Shown piece by piece: positions 1-9,525 of a stretch of 40,920 nt of DNA. The stretch is from Naegleria gruberi. Its lineage: Eukaryota. Location: assembly GCA_000004985.1 (NCBI GenBank), contig GG738943.1; one strand, given 5' to 3'. Both the position numbers and the translations under genes were made by a program. Under the pieces are notes generated by a model. That model was not told the origin of the DNA, made no database searches, and saw nothing but the letters and a program-made list of their open reading frames with translations. Positions within the stretch are counted from its first letter, which is position 1. Every line of letters starts with the position of its first letter.

Positions 1-400
1 CGAACCCAAACCCAAACCCAAACCCAAACCCAAACCCAAACCCAAACCCAAACCCAAACCCAAACCCAAACCCAAACCCAAACCCAAACCCAAACCCAAA
101 CCCAAACCCAAACCCAAACCCAAACCCAAACCCAACCCAAACCCAAACCCAAACCCAAACCCAAACCCAAACCCAAACCCAAACCCAAACCCAAACCCAA
201 ACCCAAACCCAAACCCAAACCCAAACCCAAACCCAAACCCAAACCCAAACCCAAACCCAAACCCAAACCCAAACCCAAACCCAAACCCAAACCCAAACCC
301 AAACCCAAACCCAAACCCAAACCCAAACCCAAACCCAAACCCAAACCCAACCAAACCCAAACCCAAACCCAAACCCAAAAACCCAAACCTAAAAACCTAA
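1..400. repeat. Telomeric tandem repeat (CCCAAA)n, about 60 units, degenerating into CCTAAAAA-like units at ~370-400. The C-rich strand reads 5'->3' at the left edge, the orientation expected for a left chromosome end.
   Basis: Direct reading shows near-perfect hexamer CCCAAA repeated from position 5 to ~380. Variant units are CCCAA at ~134-138 and CCCAA+CCAAA at ~345-354. The tract ends in aaaaacccaaacctaaaaacctaaaaaa. Confidence 0.85.
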
Positions 401-3400
401 AAAATATTTAAGTCCAGACCCAATGTTTCAAAGTTCAAACCCTAGCCCAATTTATTGATTATTATATCATTCGATTGTAAATGATGAATAGAACAATGTA
501 TTATATTTAGTTTTTCAATTTATAAAATATTAACATTGTAAATAATGTAAGATTAAAAATTTGTAAAATGAAACCATAGGAAGGATAATAATTTCAAAAT
601 CCTTTAATGAGATTATATAGTCTATATCATCATTAACAACATTTATAATCACTTTCATATCACATTTCTAAACTTCAAGTCTGTAGATATAAAAGTATGA
701 AAGTGAAAAGGGAAGTTGTGAGGTAAAAGAGGTAAACTATAACTTTTGAGTTTATCATCAAAACATATTGAATCCTGACATGAAAATGTTCCATTTGATG
801 AGTATACATCGAATATCAAATTTATTTTAACTTTCATATTTACAGATTTCTTCCCTCAACCATCAAGGTCAACTAGGGATGAAAAGGAGGAAATCTGGAA
901 AAAGGACCACCTATTGAAACTTTACCAAAATGATTTATATGATCTATAGTGATATAGATTTCAATTTCATATCATAAGAATTAGAAATGGTACCNNNNNN
1001 NNNNNNNNNNNNNNNNNNNNNNNNNNNNNNNNNNNNNNNNNNNNNNNNNNNNNNNNNNNNNNNNNNNNNNNNNNNNNNNNNNNNNNNNNNNNNNNNNNNN
1101 NNNNNNNNNNNNNNNNNNNNNNNNNNNNNNNNNNNNNNNNNNNNNNNNNNNNNNNNNNNNNNNNNNNNNNNNNNNNNNNNNNNNNNNNNNNNNNNNNNNN
1201 NNNNNNNNNNNNNNNNNNNNNNNNNNNNNNNNNNNNNNNNNNNNNNNNNNNNNNNNNNNNNNNNNNNNNNNNNNNNNNNNNNNNNNNNNNNNNNNNNNNN
1301 NNNNNNNNNNNNNNNNNNNNNNNNNNNNNNNNNNNNNNNNNNNNNNNNNNNNNNNNNNNNNNNNNNNNNNNNNNNNNNNNNNNNNNNNNNNNNNNNNNNN
1401 NNNNNNNNNNNNNNNNNNNNNNNNNNNNNNNNNNNNNNNNNNNNNNNNNNNNNNNNNNNNNNNNNNNNNNNNNNNNNNNNNNNNNNNNNNNNNNNNNNNN
1501 NNNNNNNNNNNNNNNNNNNNNNNNNNNNNNNNNNNNNNNNNNNNNNNNNNNNNNNNNNNNNNNNNNNNNNNNNNNNNNNNNNNNNNNNNNNNNNNNNNNN
1601 NNNNNNNNNNNNNNNNNNNNNNNNNNNNNNNNNNNNNNNNNNNNNNNNNNNNNNNNNNNNNNNNNNNNNNNNNNNNNNNNNNNNNNNNNNNNNNNNNNNN
1701 NNNNNNNNNNNNNNNNNNNNNNNNNNNNNNNNNNNNNNNNNNNNNNNNNNNNNNNNNNNNNNNNNNNNNNNNNNNNNNNNNNNNNNNNNNNNNNNNNNNN
1801 NNNNNNNNNNNNNNNNNNNNNNNNNNNNNNNNNNNNNNNNNNNNNNNNNNNNNNNNNNNNNNNNNNNNNNNNNNNNNNNNNNNNNNNNNNNNNNNNNNNN
1901 NNNNNNNNNNNNNNNNNNNNNNNNNNNNNNNNNNNNNNNNNNNNNNNNNNNNNNNNNNNNNNNNNNNNNNNNNNNNNNNNNNNNNNNNNNNNNNNNNNNN
2001 NNNNNNNNNNNNNNNNNNNNNNNNNNNNNNNNNNNNNNNNNNNNNNNNNNNNNNNNNNNNNNNNNNNNNNNNNNNNNNNNNNNNNNNNNNNNNNNNNNNN
2101 NNNNNNNNNNNNNNNNNNNNNNNNNNNNNNNNNNNNNNNNNNNNNNNNNNNNNNNNNNNNNNNNNNNNNNNNNNNNNNNNNNNNNNNNNNNNNNNNNNNN
2201 NNNNNNNNNNNNNNNNNNNNNNNNNNNNNNNNNNNNNNNNNNNNNNNNNNNNNNNNNNNNNNNNNNNNNNNNNNNNNNNNNNNNNNNNNNNNNNNNNNNN
2301 NNNNNNNNNNNNNNNNNNNNNNNNNNNNNNNNNNNNNNNNNNNNNNNNNNNNNNNNNNNNNNNNNNNNNNNNNNNNNNNNNNNNNNNNNNNNNNNNNNNN
2401 NNNNNNNNNNNNNNNNNNNNNNNNNNNNNNNNNNNNNNNNNNNNNNNNNNNNNNNNNNNNNNNNNNNNNNNNNNNNNNNNNNNNNNNNNNNNNNNNNNNN
2501 NNNNNNNNNNNNNNNNNNNNNNNNNNNNNNNNNNNNNNNNNNNNNNNNNNNNNNNNNNNNNNNNNNNNNNNNNNNNNNNNNNNNNNNNNNNNNNNNNNNN
2601 NNNNNNNNNNNNNNNNNNNNNNNNNNNNNNNNNNNNNNNNNNNNNNNNNNNNNNNNNNNNNNNNNNNNNNNNNNNNNNNNNNNNNNNNNNNNNNNNNNNN
2701 NNNNNNNNNNNNNNNNNNNNNNNNNNNNNNNNNNNNNNNNNNNNNNNNNNNNNNNNNNNNNNNNNNNNNNNNNNNNNNNNNNNNNNNNNNNNNNNNNNNN
2801 NNNNNNNNNNNNNNNNNNNNNNNNNNNNNNNNNNNNNNNNNNNNNNNNNNNNNNNNNNNNNNNNNNNNNNNNNNNNNNNNNNNNNNNNNNNNNNNNNNNN
2901 NNNNNNNNNNNNNNNNNNNNNNNNNNNNNNNNNNNNNNNNNNNNNNNNNNNNNNNNNNNNNNNNNNNNNNNNNNNNNNNNNNNNNNNNNNNNNNNNNNNN
3001 NNNNNNNNNNNNNNNNNNNNNNNNNNNNNNNNNNNNNNNNNNNNNNNNNNNNNNNNNNNNNNNNNNNNNNNNNNNNNNNNNNNNNNNNNNNNNNNNNNNN
3101 NNNNNNNNNNNNNNNNNNNNNNNNNNNNNNNNNNNNNNNNNNNNNNNNNNNNNNNNNNNNNNNNNNNNNNNNNNNNNNNNNNNNNNNNNNNNNNNNNNNN
3201 NNNNNNNNNNNNNNNNNNNNNNNNNNNNNNNNNNNNNNNNNNNNNNNNNNNNNNNNNNNNNNNNNNNNNNNNNNNNNNNNNNNNNNNNNNNNNNNNNNNN
3301 NNNNNNNNNNNNNNNNNNNNNNNNNNNNNNNNNNNNNNNNNNNNNNNNNNNNNNNNNNNNNNNNNNNNNNNNNNNNNNNNNNNNNNNNNNNNNNNNNNNN

Positions 3401-4375
3401 NNNNNNNNNNNNNNNNNNNNNNNNNNNNNNNNNNNNNNNNNNNNNNNNNNNNNNNNNNNNNNNNNNNNNNNNNNNNNNNNNNNNNNNNNNNNNNNNNNNN
3501 NNNNNNNNNNNNNNNNNNNNNNNNNNNNNNNNNNNNNNNNNNNNNNNNNNNNNNNNNNNNNNNNNNNNNNNNNNNNNNNNNNNNNNNNNNNNNNNNNNNN
3601 NNNNNNNNNNNNNNNNNNNNNNNNNNNNNNNNNNNNNNNNNNNNNNNNNNNNNNNNNNNNNNNNNNNNNNNNNNNNNNNNNNNNNNNNNNNNNNNNNNNN
3701 NNNNNNNNNNNNNNNNNNNNNNNNNNNNNNNNNNNNNNNNNNNNNNNNNNNNNNNNNNNNNNNNNNNNNNNNNNNNNNNNNNNNNNNNNNNNNNNNNNNN
3801 NNNNNNNNNNNNNNNNNNNNNNNNNNNNNNNNNNNNNNNNNNNNNNNNNNNNNNNNNNNNNNNNNNNNNNNNNNNNNNNNNNNNNNNNNNNNNNNNNNNN
3901 NNNNNNNNNNNNNNNNNNNNNNNNNNNNNNNNNNNNNNNNNNNNNNNNNNNNNNNNNNNNNNNNNNNNNNNNNNNNNNNNNNNNNNNNNNNNNNNNNNNN
4001 NNNNNNNNNNNNNNNNNNNNNNNNNNNNNNNNNNNNNNNNNNNNNNNNNNNNNNNNNNNNNNNNNNNNNNNNNNNNNNNNNNNNNNNNNNNNNNNNNNNN
4101 NNNNNNNNNNNNNNNNNNNNNNNNNNNNNNNNNNNNNNNNNNNNNNNNNNNNNNNNNNNNNNNNNNNNNNNNNNNNNNNNNNNNNNNNNNNNNNNNNNNN
4201 NNNNNNNNNNNNNNNNNNNNNNNNNNNNNNNNNNNNNNNNNNNNNNNNNNNNNNNNNNNNNNNNNNNNNNNNNNNNNNNNNNNNNNNNNNNNNNNNNNNN
4301 NNNNNNNNNNNNNNNNNNNNNNNNNNNNNNNNNNNNNNNNNNNNNNNNNNNNNNNNNNNNNNNNATACCAATAAA

Positions 4376-4486
4376 ACTCAATAGAAGAGTTAATTCTTCT
4401 CATTTTCAAATAGATTATTCAATATAGAACACATCTAGATAGTTTCCAGATCACAAAAGTCAAGATGCTATATATGGTCTTTGATT
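4376..4486. repeat. Copy A of a ~110-bp direct repeat (subtelomere-associated repeat family). It abuts the N-run, so it may extend into the gap.
   Basis: Hand alignment to 6325-6434 gives ~85% identity: actcaat-agaagagttaatt...cttctcatttt-caaatagattattcaatatagaacacatctagatagtttccagatcacaaaagtcaagatgctatatatggtc versus actcaattcaagagttaattttatttcttctttttttcatatagattattgaatatggaacacatctagcctatttccagactataaaagtccagatcccaaatatggca. Confidence 0.7.
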
Positions 4487-6324
4487 AAATTTAAAAATAG
4501 ACTGCCGTTAATTACTGGAATATTAATATTCAAAGCTTGATGATAAAGCTATTGATTGAAATCAAACAGATTATTGAATATTGATCATTGAATTGGTGAA
4601 TAATCACTCTCTTGATTCTTGATAATGCTACATATTTCATATTGCATGCAAATCAACCTGATTCAATCTACAAAGGTTGGTAGTTGCACCACTTCGTGGC
4701 GAAACTACCCATCCACGATCAATCAACATAAGAATCACTTCCATTCAACTCAATTTGACCGTTATATTCAATAAATCAATGAAATGTTCCTTTATTAGCA
4801 ATACCTATTCAATCTAATGAGTAGATTCACGTCCCAAACATTTGACTTCTAAAAGTCCATAATTCAAAAGTTAGTACTGACCTGACCTTTAAATATCTAT
4901 CAATACAAGAAATGAAAACATCAAATTTACATCATTAATAGATGATAAGAAATATAATCAATGATATGAATCTTCACTAAGTAATCTCTTAAATAACCCA
5001 AATAAATCAACTCTGAATCCTAACCAAACCCCCCTTTTCATTTCAAGAAATGAATCCGGTAGATAGTACATGATGGTAATTCAATGGAATGGCTGGAAAT
5101 CTGAAAGATATGGAAACAACTCCATTATCACTGAAATTAATATCATGATATGTAGACACTCTAATTAGCATATGGTATCAATTTCATGAATATTGGCTCA
5201 GTAGATATTGAGTTGACAACTCTATCATTTTACTATAGAACTTTGACATAAAATCAAAGATTATGCTCCAAATCACTTATTTTATATGTAATTAGTCTAG
5301 AATTGATAATACACATTCTGTACACCATTTATATACATCTATACAAGTTTAGAAACAATTCATGATACTTTCATTCAGTCAATCAGTAAATGTTCAATGT
5401 CAAGAGTGATTATATCCAAGTGTACGTTCTATCTCAGCGAAAGTACCTCCAACCGTCATGTAACTTTACCAGATACATTTAATCACGCTGATATACATCT
5501 GGAATCAATTTTAATGTTTTAGAATTGAATTCAGTATGATAATAATAACAATCTGTCAAATTGTCATATTTCAACACATTGAATATAATCCATCTCATTC
5601 ATTTTACAAAATATCATACAAGTATCAAATATGAATACACTTCCCTAGATGAGGAGAACAATCTGAGAAAGTTTCAAATTGATGGCTCAATATCTTCAAG
5701 TCAACTAAGGAAAATCTAAGGTAATCAATAGGGAAGAATCTTAATTTCAAAATTAAATTTTACCATCATATCAAAATCATTGAATAATGAATTAATTATA
5801 CAAGAATCATATATTCAATTATTATATTCATGTCAGTAATCAGTGAAGGTGACACTTCTTCAACCTTAGTATACACATCTCAATATCTAGACTGTCAATT
5901 CCACTGAAACTTGAAATACTACCTATCTAGATGATGGTATGACGACTCTTCATAGTAACATGTATGTGAAATTGAATGTTGACACTTTTCATCTCGTTAT
6001 ATTTATAGGGATGGTATCCAACAGAGTCTATTCACAATATCAAATATTGAAACTCATTCTTTATGGCATATGTGATGTCTAGAAGTGTTTTTGATGATAT
6101 CAATCTAGTTTAAAGCACTTTGGCGGAGTTGACACTGTTTAGTTACAAATACATGACATTTGGACCATAGTTTACATTCCATCTCAGTCATTTCGACGAG
6201 TTATTGATCAGTTTCACCACCATTATGTTTCTAACACACTTTAGTACAATTTATGTTTCATTAATGATTTCTGTGAAAGTTATTATCCAAATACCATATA
6301 TAGTAATATCAATAGTCGTTATAT

Positions 6325-6434
6325 ACTCAATTCAAGAGTTAATTTTATTTCTTCTTTTTTTCATATAGATTATTGAATATGGAACACATCTAGCCTATTT
6401 CCAGACTATAAAAGTCCAGATCCCAAATATGGCA
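6325..6434. repeat. Copy B of the ~110-bp direct repeat, 1949 bp downstream of copy A. Its 3' part (aaagtccagatcccaaatatgg) resembles the telomere-junction sequence at 405-440 (aagtccagacccaatgtttcaaag).
   Basis: Same alignment as copy A. No ORF of 60 aa or longer lies between the two copies. Confidence 0.7.
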
Positions 6435-6626
6435 AAATGAATTCTTGGCGAGAGGGCAAGTTTTTCTGACAAATTCCAAACTTTATTGATTATCTCAATA
6501 AATATAGAAAGTTACACCTTCCTGTTTTTACCACATGTAGATCAGTCTATTATACATCACATCGATAAGCTATAAGATCTGAGCCTGAGCATGTGCGGAT
6601 CCCAAACCAGAGAGATAATGACAGGT

Positions 6627-7063
6627 ACCAAAACCCAGTCTCCCAACAAACAACATCTTTACACCAGGTAATGGATGCCCTATAAAAGATTGCAAGGAAG
6701 AGGAGAACACTCAACACGCCATTTTCAACTGCAAGAAAACTGAATATCTTCGTGAAAGATTATGGAGAAGCCTAGAAGACAATATCCAACAAATAACCAA
6801 AAAACCTTTAGAAACAATCAGAAAAATACTAGTAACCCACTTGAAATCCAACACTATCCCTAAATATTCAACCATTTATATTGGAATACTTCCCAAAGAA
6901 GTCTACCAAACATTAGAGGCCTGGGATAAAGCACAAGAAATTCAAATAGAAATAATTAAATTCACTCACGCAATGTGGATAGAAAGATGCAACCACATAC
7001 ATCAACCAGCAACTTTACCAAACAACTATGTTTAAATAAACGAACTTACTAGCAAAAAAAAAA
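6627..7063 (+). mobile_element. 5'-truncated 3' end of a non-LTR (LINE-like) retrotransposon: the C-terminal ORF2 segment with a CCHC zinc knuckle, a short 3' UTR with AATAAA, and an A10 tail.
   Basis: Open frame 6627-7035 translates to ...GCPIKDCKEEENTQHAIFNCKKTEYLRERLW...HAMWIERCNHIHQPATLPNNYV* and carries a C-x4-C-x7-H-x4-C motif. TAA is at 7033-7035, AATAAA at 7035-7040 and ten As at 7054-7063. There is an in-frame TGA immediately upstream (~6624), so the element is truncated or degenerate. Confidence 0.45.
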
Positions 7064-7829
7064 CACAAACATAATCCATATAAAGCATGTGTCAATAATT
7101 TGGTACTCTTTTCTTGTGTAGGCATTGTCAAAGTTTGGTCCCATCAAATTTTGGAAACTATTCTTGAAGGCATTGAAATAGGATTCGAAATTTGTTTCTT
7201 TAACTGTTGGATTTTCAACCACATTTCTATTCGATTCTGATAACTGAACCGTTTCTGATCTATCCCCATCTAGAATCATATTCAAACCCTTGTGAGAACT
7301 GTGGCTGGCGCAAAGTTTGGCCACATGACCAACAAATCCTAAATTGACTTTTTTGGCATTCTTAAAGTGTCAATTGGATTCCAGGCACCTGAAGCATCTG
7401 ACATCCTACCTATATACTTTTCATCATAGAGACAATGAAGGTGATGTGAAATTTAATTAACAGAAAAATCAAAATCTTCATGGTTTCAACGAAACAAGAC
7501 GAAATAATTGATATGGTACATCTACAATAGTACTAATAAAAGTTTATTAATGTTTCAAGATGATTGGCTGTGTACTTTTGGCATGAATCATGATTGGTGA
7601 CCATGAATAACCCGAAGTTGGCAAAAACACAAAATGATGAAAATCTGATAATAAATATATTGTTTATTATGTATTTGAATAGAAGTGATGAAATATGGTC
7701 CATGTACATGTTGAAAATATACATGTATCTGACTTCATGATAACCAATAGGAAAATGTTCAATGTTCTGAAGTGATTTTACCTGGTGGAATCGACCATGA
7801 TGAACGAATCTAGATTGAAAGTTTTCCAA
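7049..7829 (-). other. Possible gene remnant or pseudogene on the minus strand. Exon-like ORF ...PDLYDNLENFQSRFVHHGRFHQ ends at a GTAAAA donor (7781). A candidate 421-nt intron (7361-7781) would join it to an ORF NAKKVNLGFVGHVAKLCASHSSHKGL...YQIIDTCFIW, which reads straight into the LINE poly(A) tract. No ATG start was found.
   Basis: Frame continuity was checked by hand across the GTAAAA...TTTAAG boundaries. The candidate intron would be much longer than the other introns in the window (54-129 nt). No recognisable domain. Confidence 0.2.
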
Positions 7830-8200
7830 ATTATCATATAAATCTGGCAGTGATATTGAATTTCACTAAAATAATACTATTATCAGATTTTTCCACAAAT
7901 ATTACTATTATAATGATGATAAATAACAATGATGAAATGTTAATATATTATTATTGTATTGATTGGATTTTGTAAAGTGTTAATTCAAGCGATCAAAACT
8001 TGAATTTCATGAAAAAGAAAACTGGCAATGTAACTTGAATCTTATTGTTTAGTAAAATACCATGAACGTGTTGATTCATGACCCAAGGTCATTTCGTCAC
8101 TCATGAATATCTGAGAGGGTGTTATGTATCCTAATATTCTAGCCAGCGCTGGATTTTCAGAATTTTGTCGAATTAAAGTGGCTGCAACCTCCTAAAATTC

Positions 8201-8251
8201 AAATTTATTCTGGATAAAATCAGATTTATCCAGATAAAAATAGAATAAATT
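8201..8251. promoter_or_regulatory. Imperfect 51-bp palindrome, 43 bp upstream of the ATG at 8294: aaatttattctggataaaatcagatttatccagataaaaatagaataaattt. Candidate promoter element or a tiny inverted-repeat (MITE-like) insertion.
   Basis: The outer 11-bp arms aaatttattct and agaataaattt are exact reverse complements. The inner 9-bp arms ctggataaa and tttatccag flank the loop atcagat. Confidence 0.3.
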
Positions 8252-8293
8252 TGAGTTTCTGAATAATAATTAATGATTAATTCAATTTAAAAA

Positions 8294-8900
8294 ATGGAAG
8301 AACTGCTAGGTATAGTCCAACAAATTAAATGTCTTACAGACATAGAATTAAAAGAAATCAATGATTTATTGAACAAGAACTTTATTAGAACTCCAAATTG
8401 TTTGAAATCTGAAAGTGCTGAAAGTTTGGCTGAAATTGGAATTAATATTAGGGTTGCAAGAATAATCATTGATTGTTCCACAGCTCATGCTTTACCAAAA
8501 CAAGATGTAGAACCAAAGGTCAAGAACAAAGATGACAAGTTTATCGAAAAATTAGAGGCTTTGGTTGAAGACGAAGTGCATTTTAAGGTTCAGTTTGAAT
8601 TACAAAATCCCTTTGAAGTTTATGATCCCATATCAAAGACCAATATTAAGTTAGGTTCTCCGTATAAGTTGTCTAATGTGAAATCCAAATTAAAAAATTA
8701 TAAGAAATCATCAGAAAAACAGAAAGTATTTGAAAGAACGCATTCTTTAATTAGAAACTATTTGGTGGACACTTATGAGGATTCCGCACCATTTACAATT
8801 ACAAGAGAATTGGTGGAAAAAGCTGAACAACATGAATCTGAAAAGAAAAAAAGAAAGAAGGAAGAACAATTACAACAAGAAAAAGAAAAACGACAAAAAG
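8294..8900 (+). CDS. Exon 1 of a hypothetical protein gene (MEELLGIVQQIKCLTDIELKEIN...EKEKRQK-). The ATG sits in an AAAAATGG context. The exon ends in phase 1 at a GTACGA donor.
   Basis: A 202-codon ORF. The stop seen in the ORF track (TAA at 8912) lies inside a 54-nt GT...AG intron (8901-8954, ~80% A+T). The reading frame continues unbroken after the intron. Confidence 0.55.
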
Positions 8901-8954
8901 GTACGAGTGATTAAATTATTTTTTGATTTAATTGTTAATTATTATTTGTTAAAG

Positions 8955-9525
8955 ACTTACAAAAAAAAAGAAATATTAAGGCAAGTTCGAAAAATGCTTA
9001 TGCAAGAATATTGCACTATCAAGCAAAAGAGAATGAGTTTAAGGAAAAATTAAACACCTCTCAATTACGATTTTTATCCTCAATTGATTGCATCAAGGAG
9101 CTAATAAGCAAGAATACATTGACGACAGAGGAAATAATCAAACTTGATTGGATTCAAAATATGTTTGTGGTTAAAAAGAAATTTTCAGCAGAAACTATCA
9201 ATTTATTCAAAAGAACATTGAATAATAATACGAACGGAATTGACTTTCTTCGGTTAAATGGTGCACCAATACCTTCAAAACAAACTTTGAAAAAAAATAC
9301 ATCAACAAGTGATCTATCATTCCACATTCTCATCACACTAGCACATAGATTTTTTGAATCATCAAGTAAGAAAAGGATTTCTTCTTCCGATCAGATATCA
9401 TTAAATCTATCAATCGATTCTACAGCATTAAATCAGGATATTTCTATTGATTTAAAGGATAACAAACTATACGGATTTGAAGAAGTTATTCAACTTGAAA
9501 ATGATGAAGCTTTCAAACAATTATT
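8955..9525 (+). CDS. Exon 2 (partial, runs into the N-run) of the same hypothetical gene: DLQKKRNIKASSKNAYARILHYQAKENEFKEKLNTSQLRFLSSIDCIKEL...LENDEAFKQLL. No domain recognised by eye.
   Basis: The frame is continuous from exon 1 once the 54-nt intron is removed (length divisible by 3, acceptor ttgttaaag|ac). The ORF runs open for 190 codons until the gap begins at 9526. Confidence 0.5.

Noticed and set aside
655-837. 60-aa minus-strand ORF in the telomere-adjacent region.
   Set aside because: Short, A+T-rich and low-complexity, with no start context or homology cues. Most likely a chance ORF in subtelomeric DNA.
944-4427. Four overlapping ~1140-aa ORFs on both strands consisting almost entirely of X.
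   Set aside because: They are produced by translating the N-run 995-4364 and carry no sequence information.
5211-6150. Apparent ~130-150-bp periodicity of gttgaca-containing segments suggesting a satellite.
   Set aside because: Similarity beyond the 8-bp seed is weak on inspection. It is kept only as a side note under the direct-repeat finding.
6841-7035. 64-aa ORF called as an independent gene.
   Set aside because: It is the distal part of the longer LINE ORF2 C-terminal frame (6627-7035). Its apparent M is an alternative-start artefact.
8287-9336. ORFs 8287-8481 (-), 8775-9053 (+) and 9154-9336 (-).
   Set aside because: They are antisense to, or an alternative frame of, the 8294 gene. 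The 8775-9053 ORF runs through the 54-nt intron and is out of frame with both exons.
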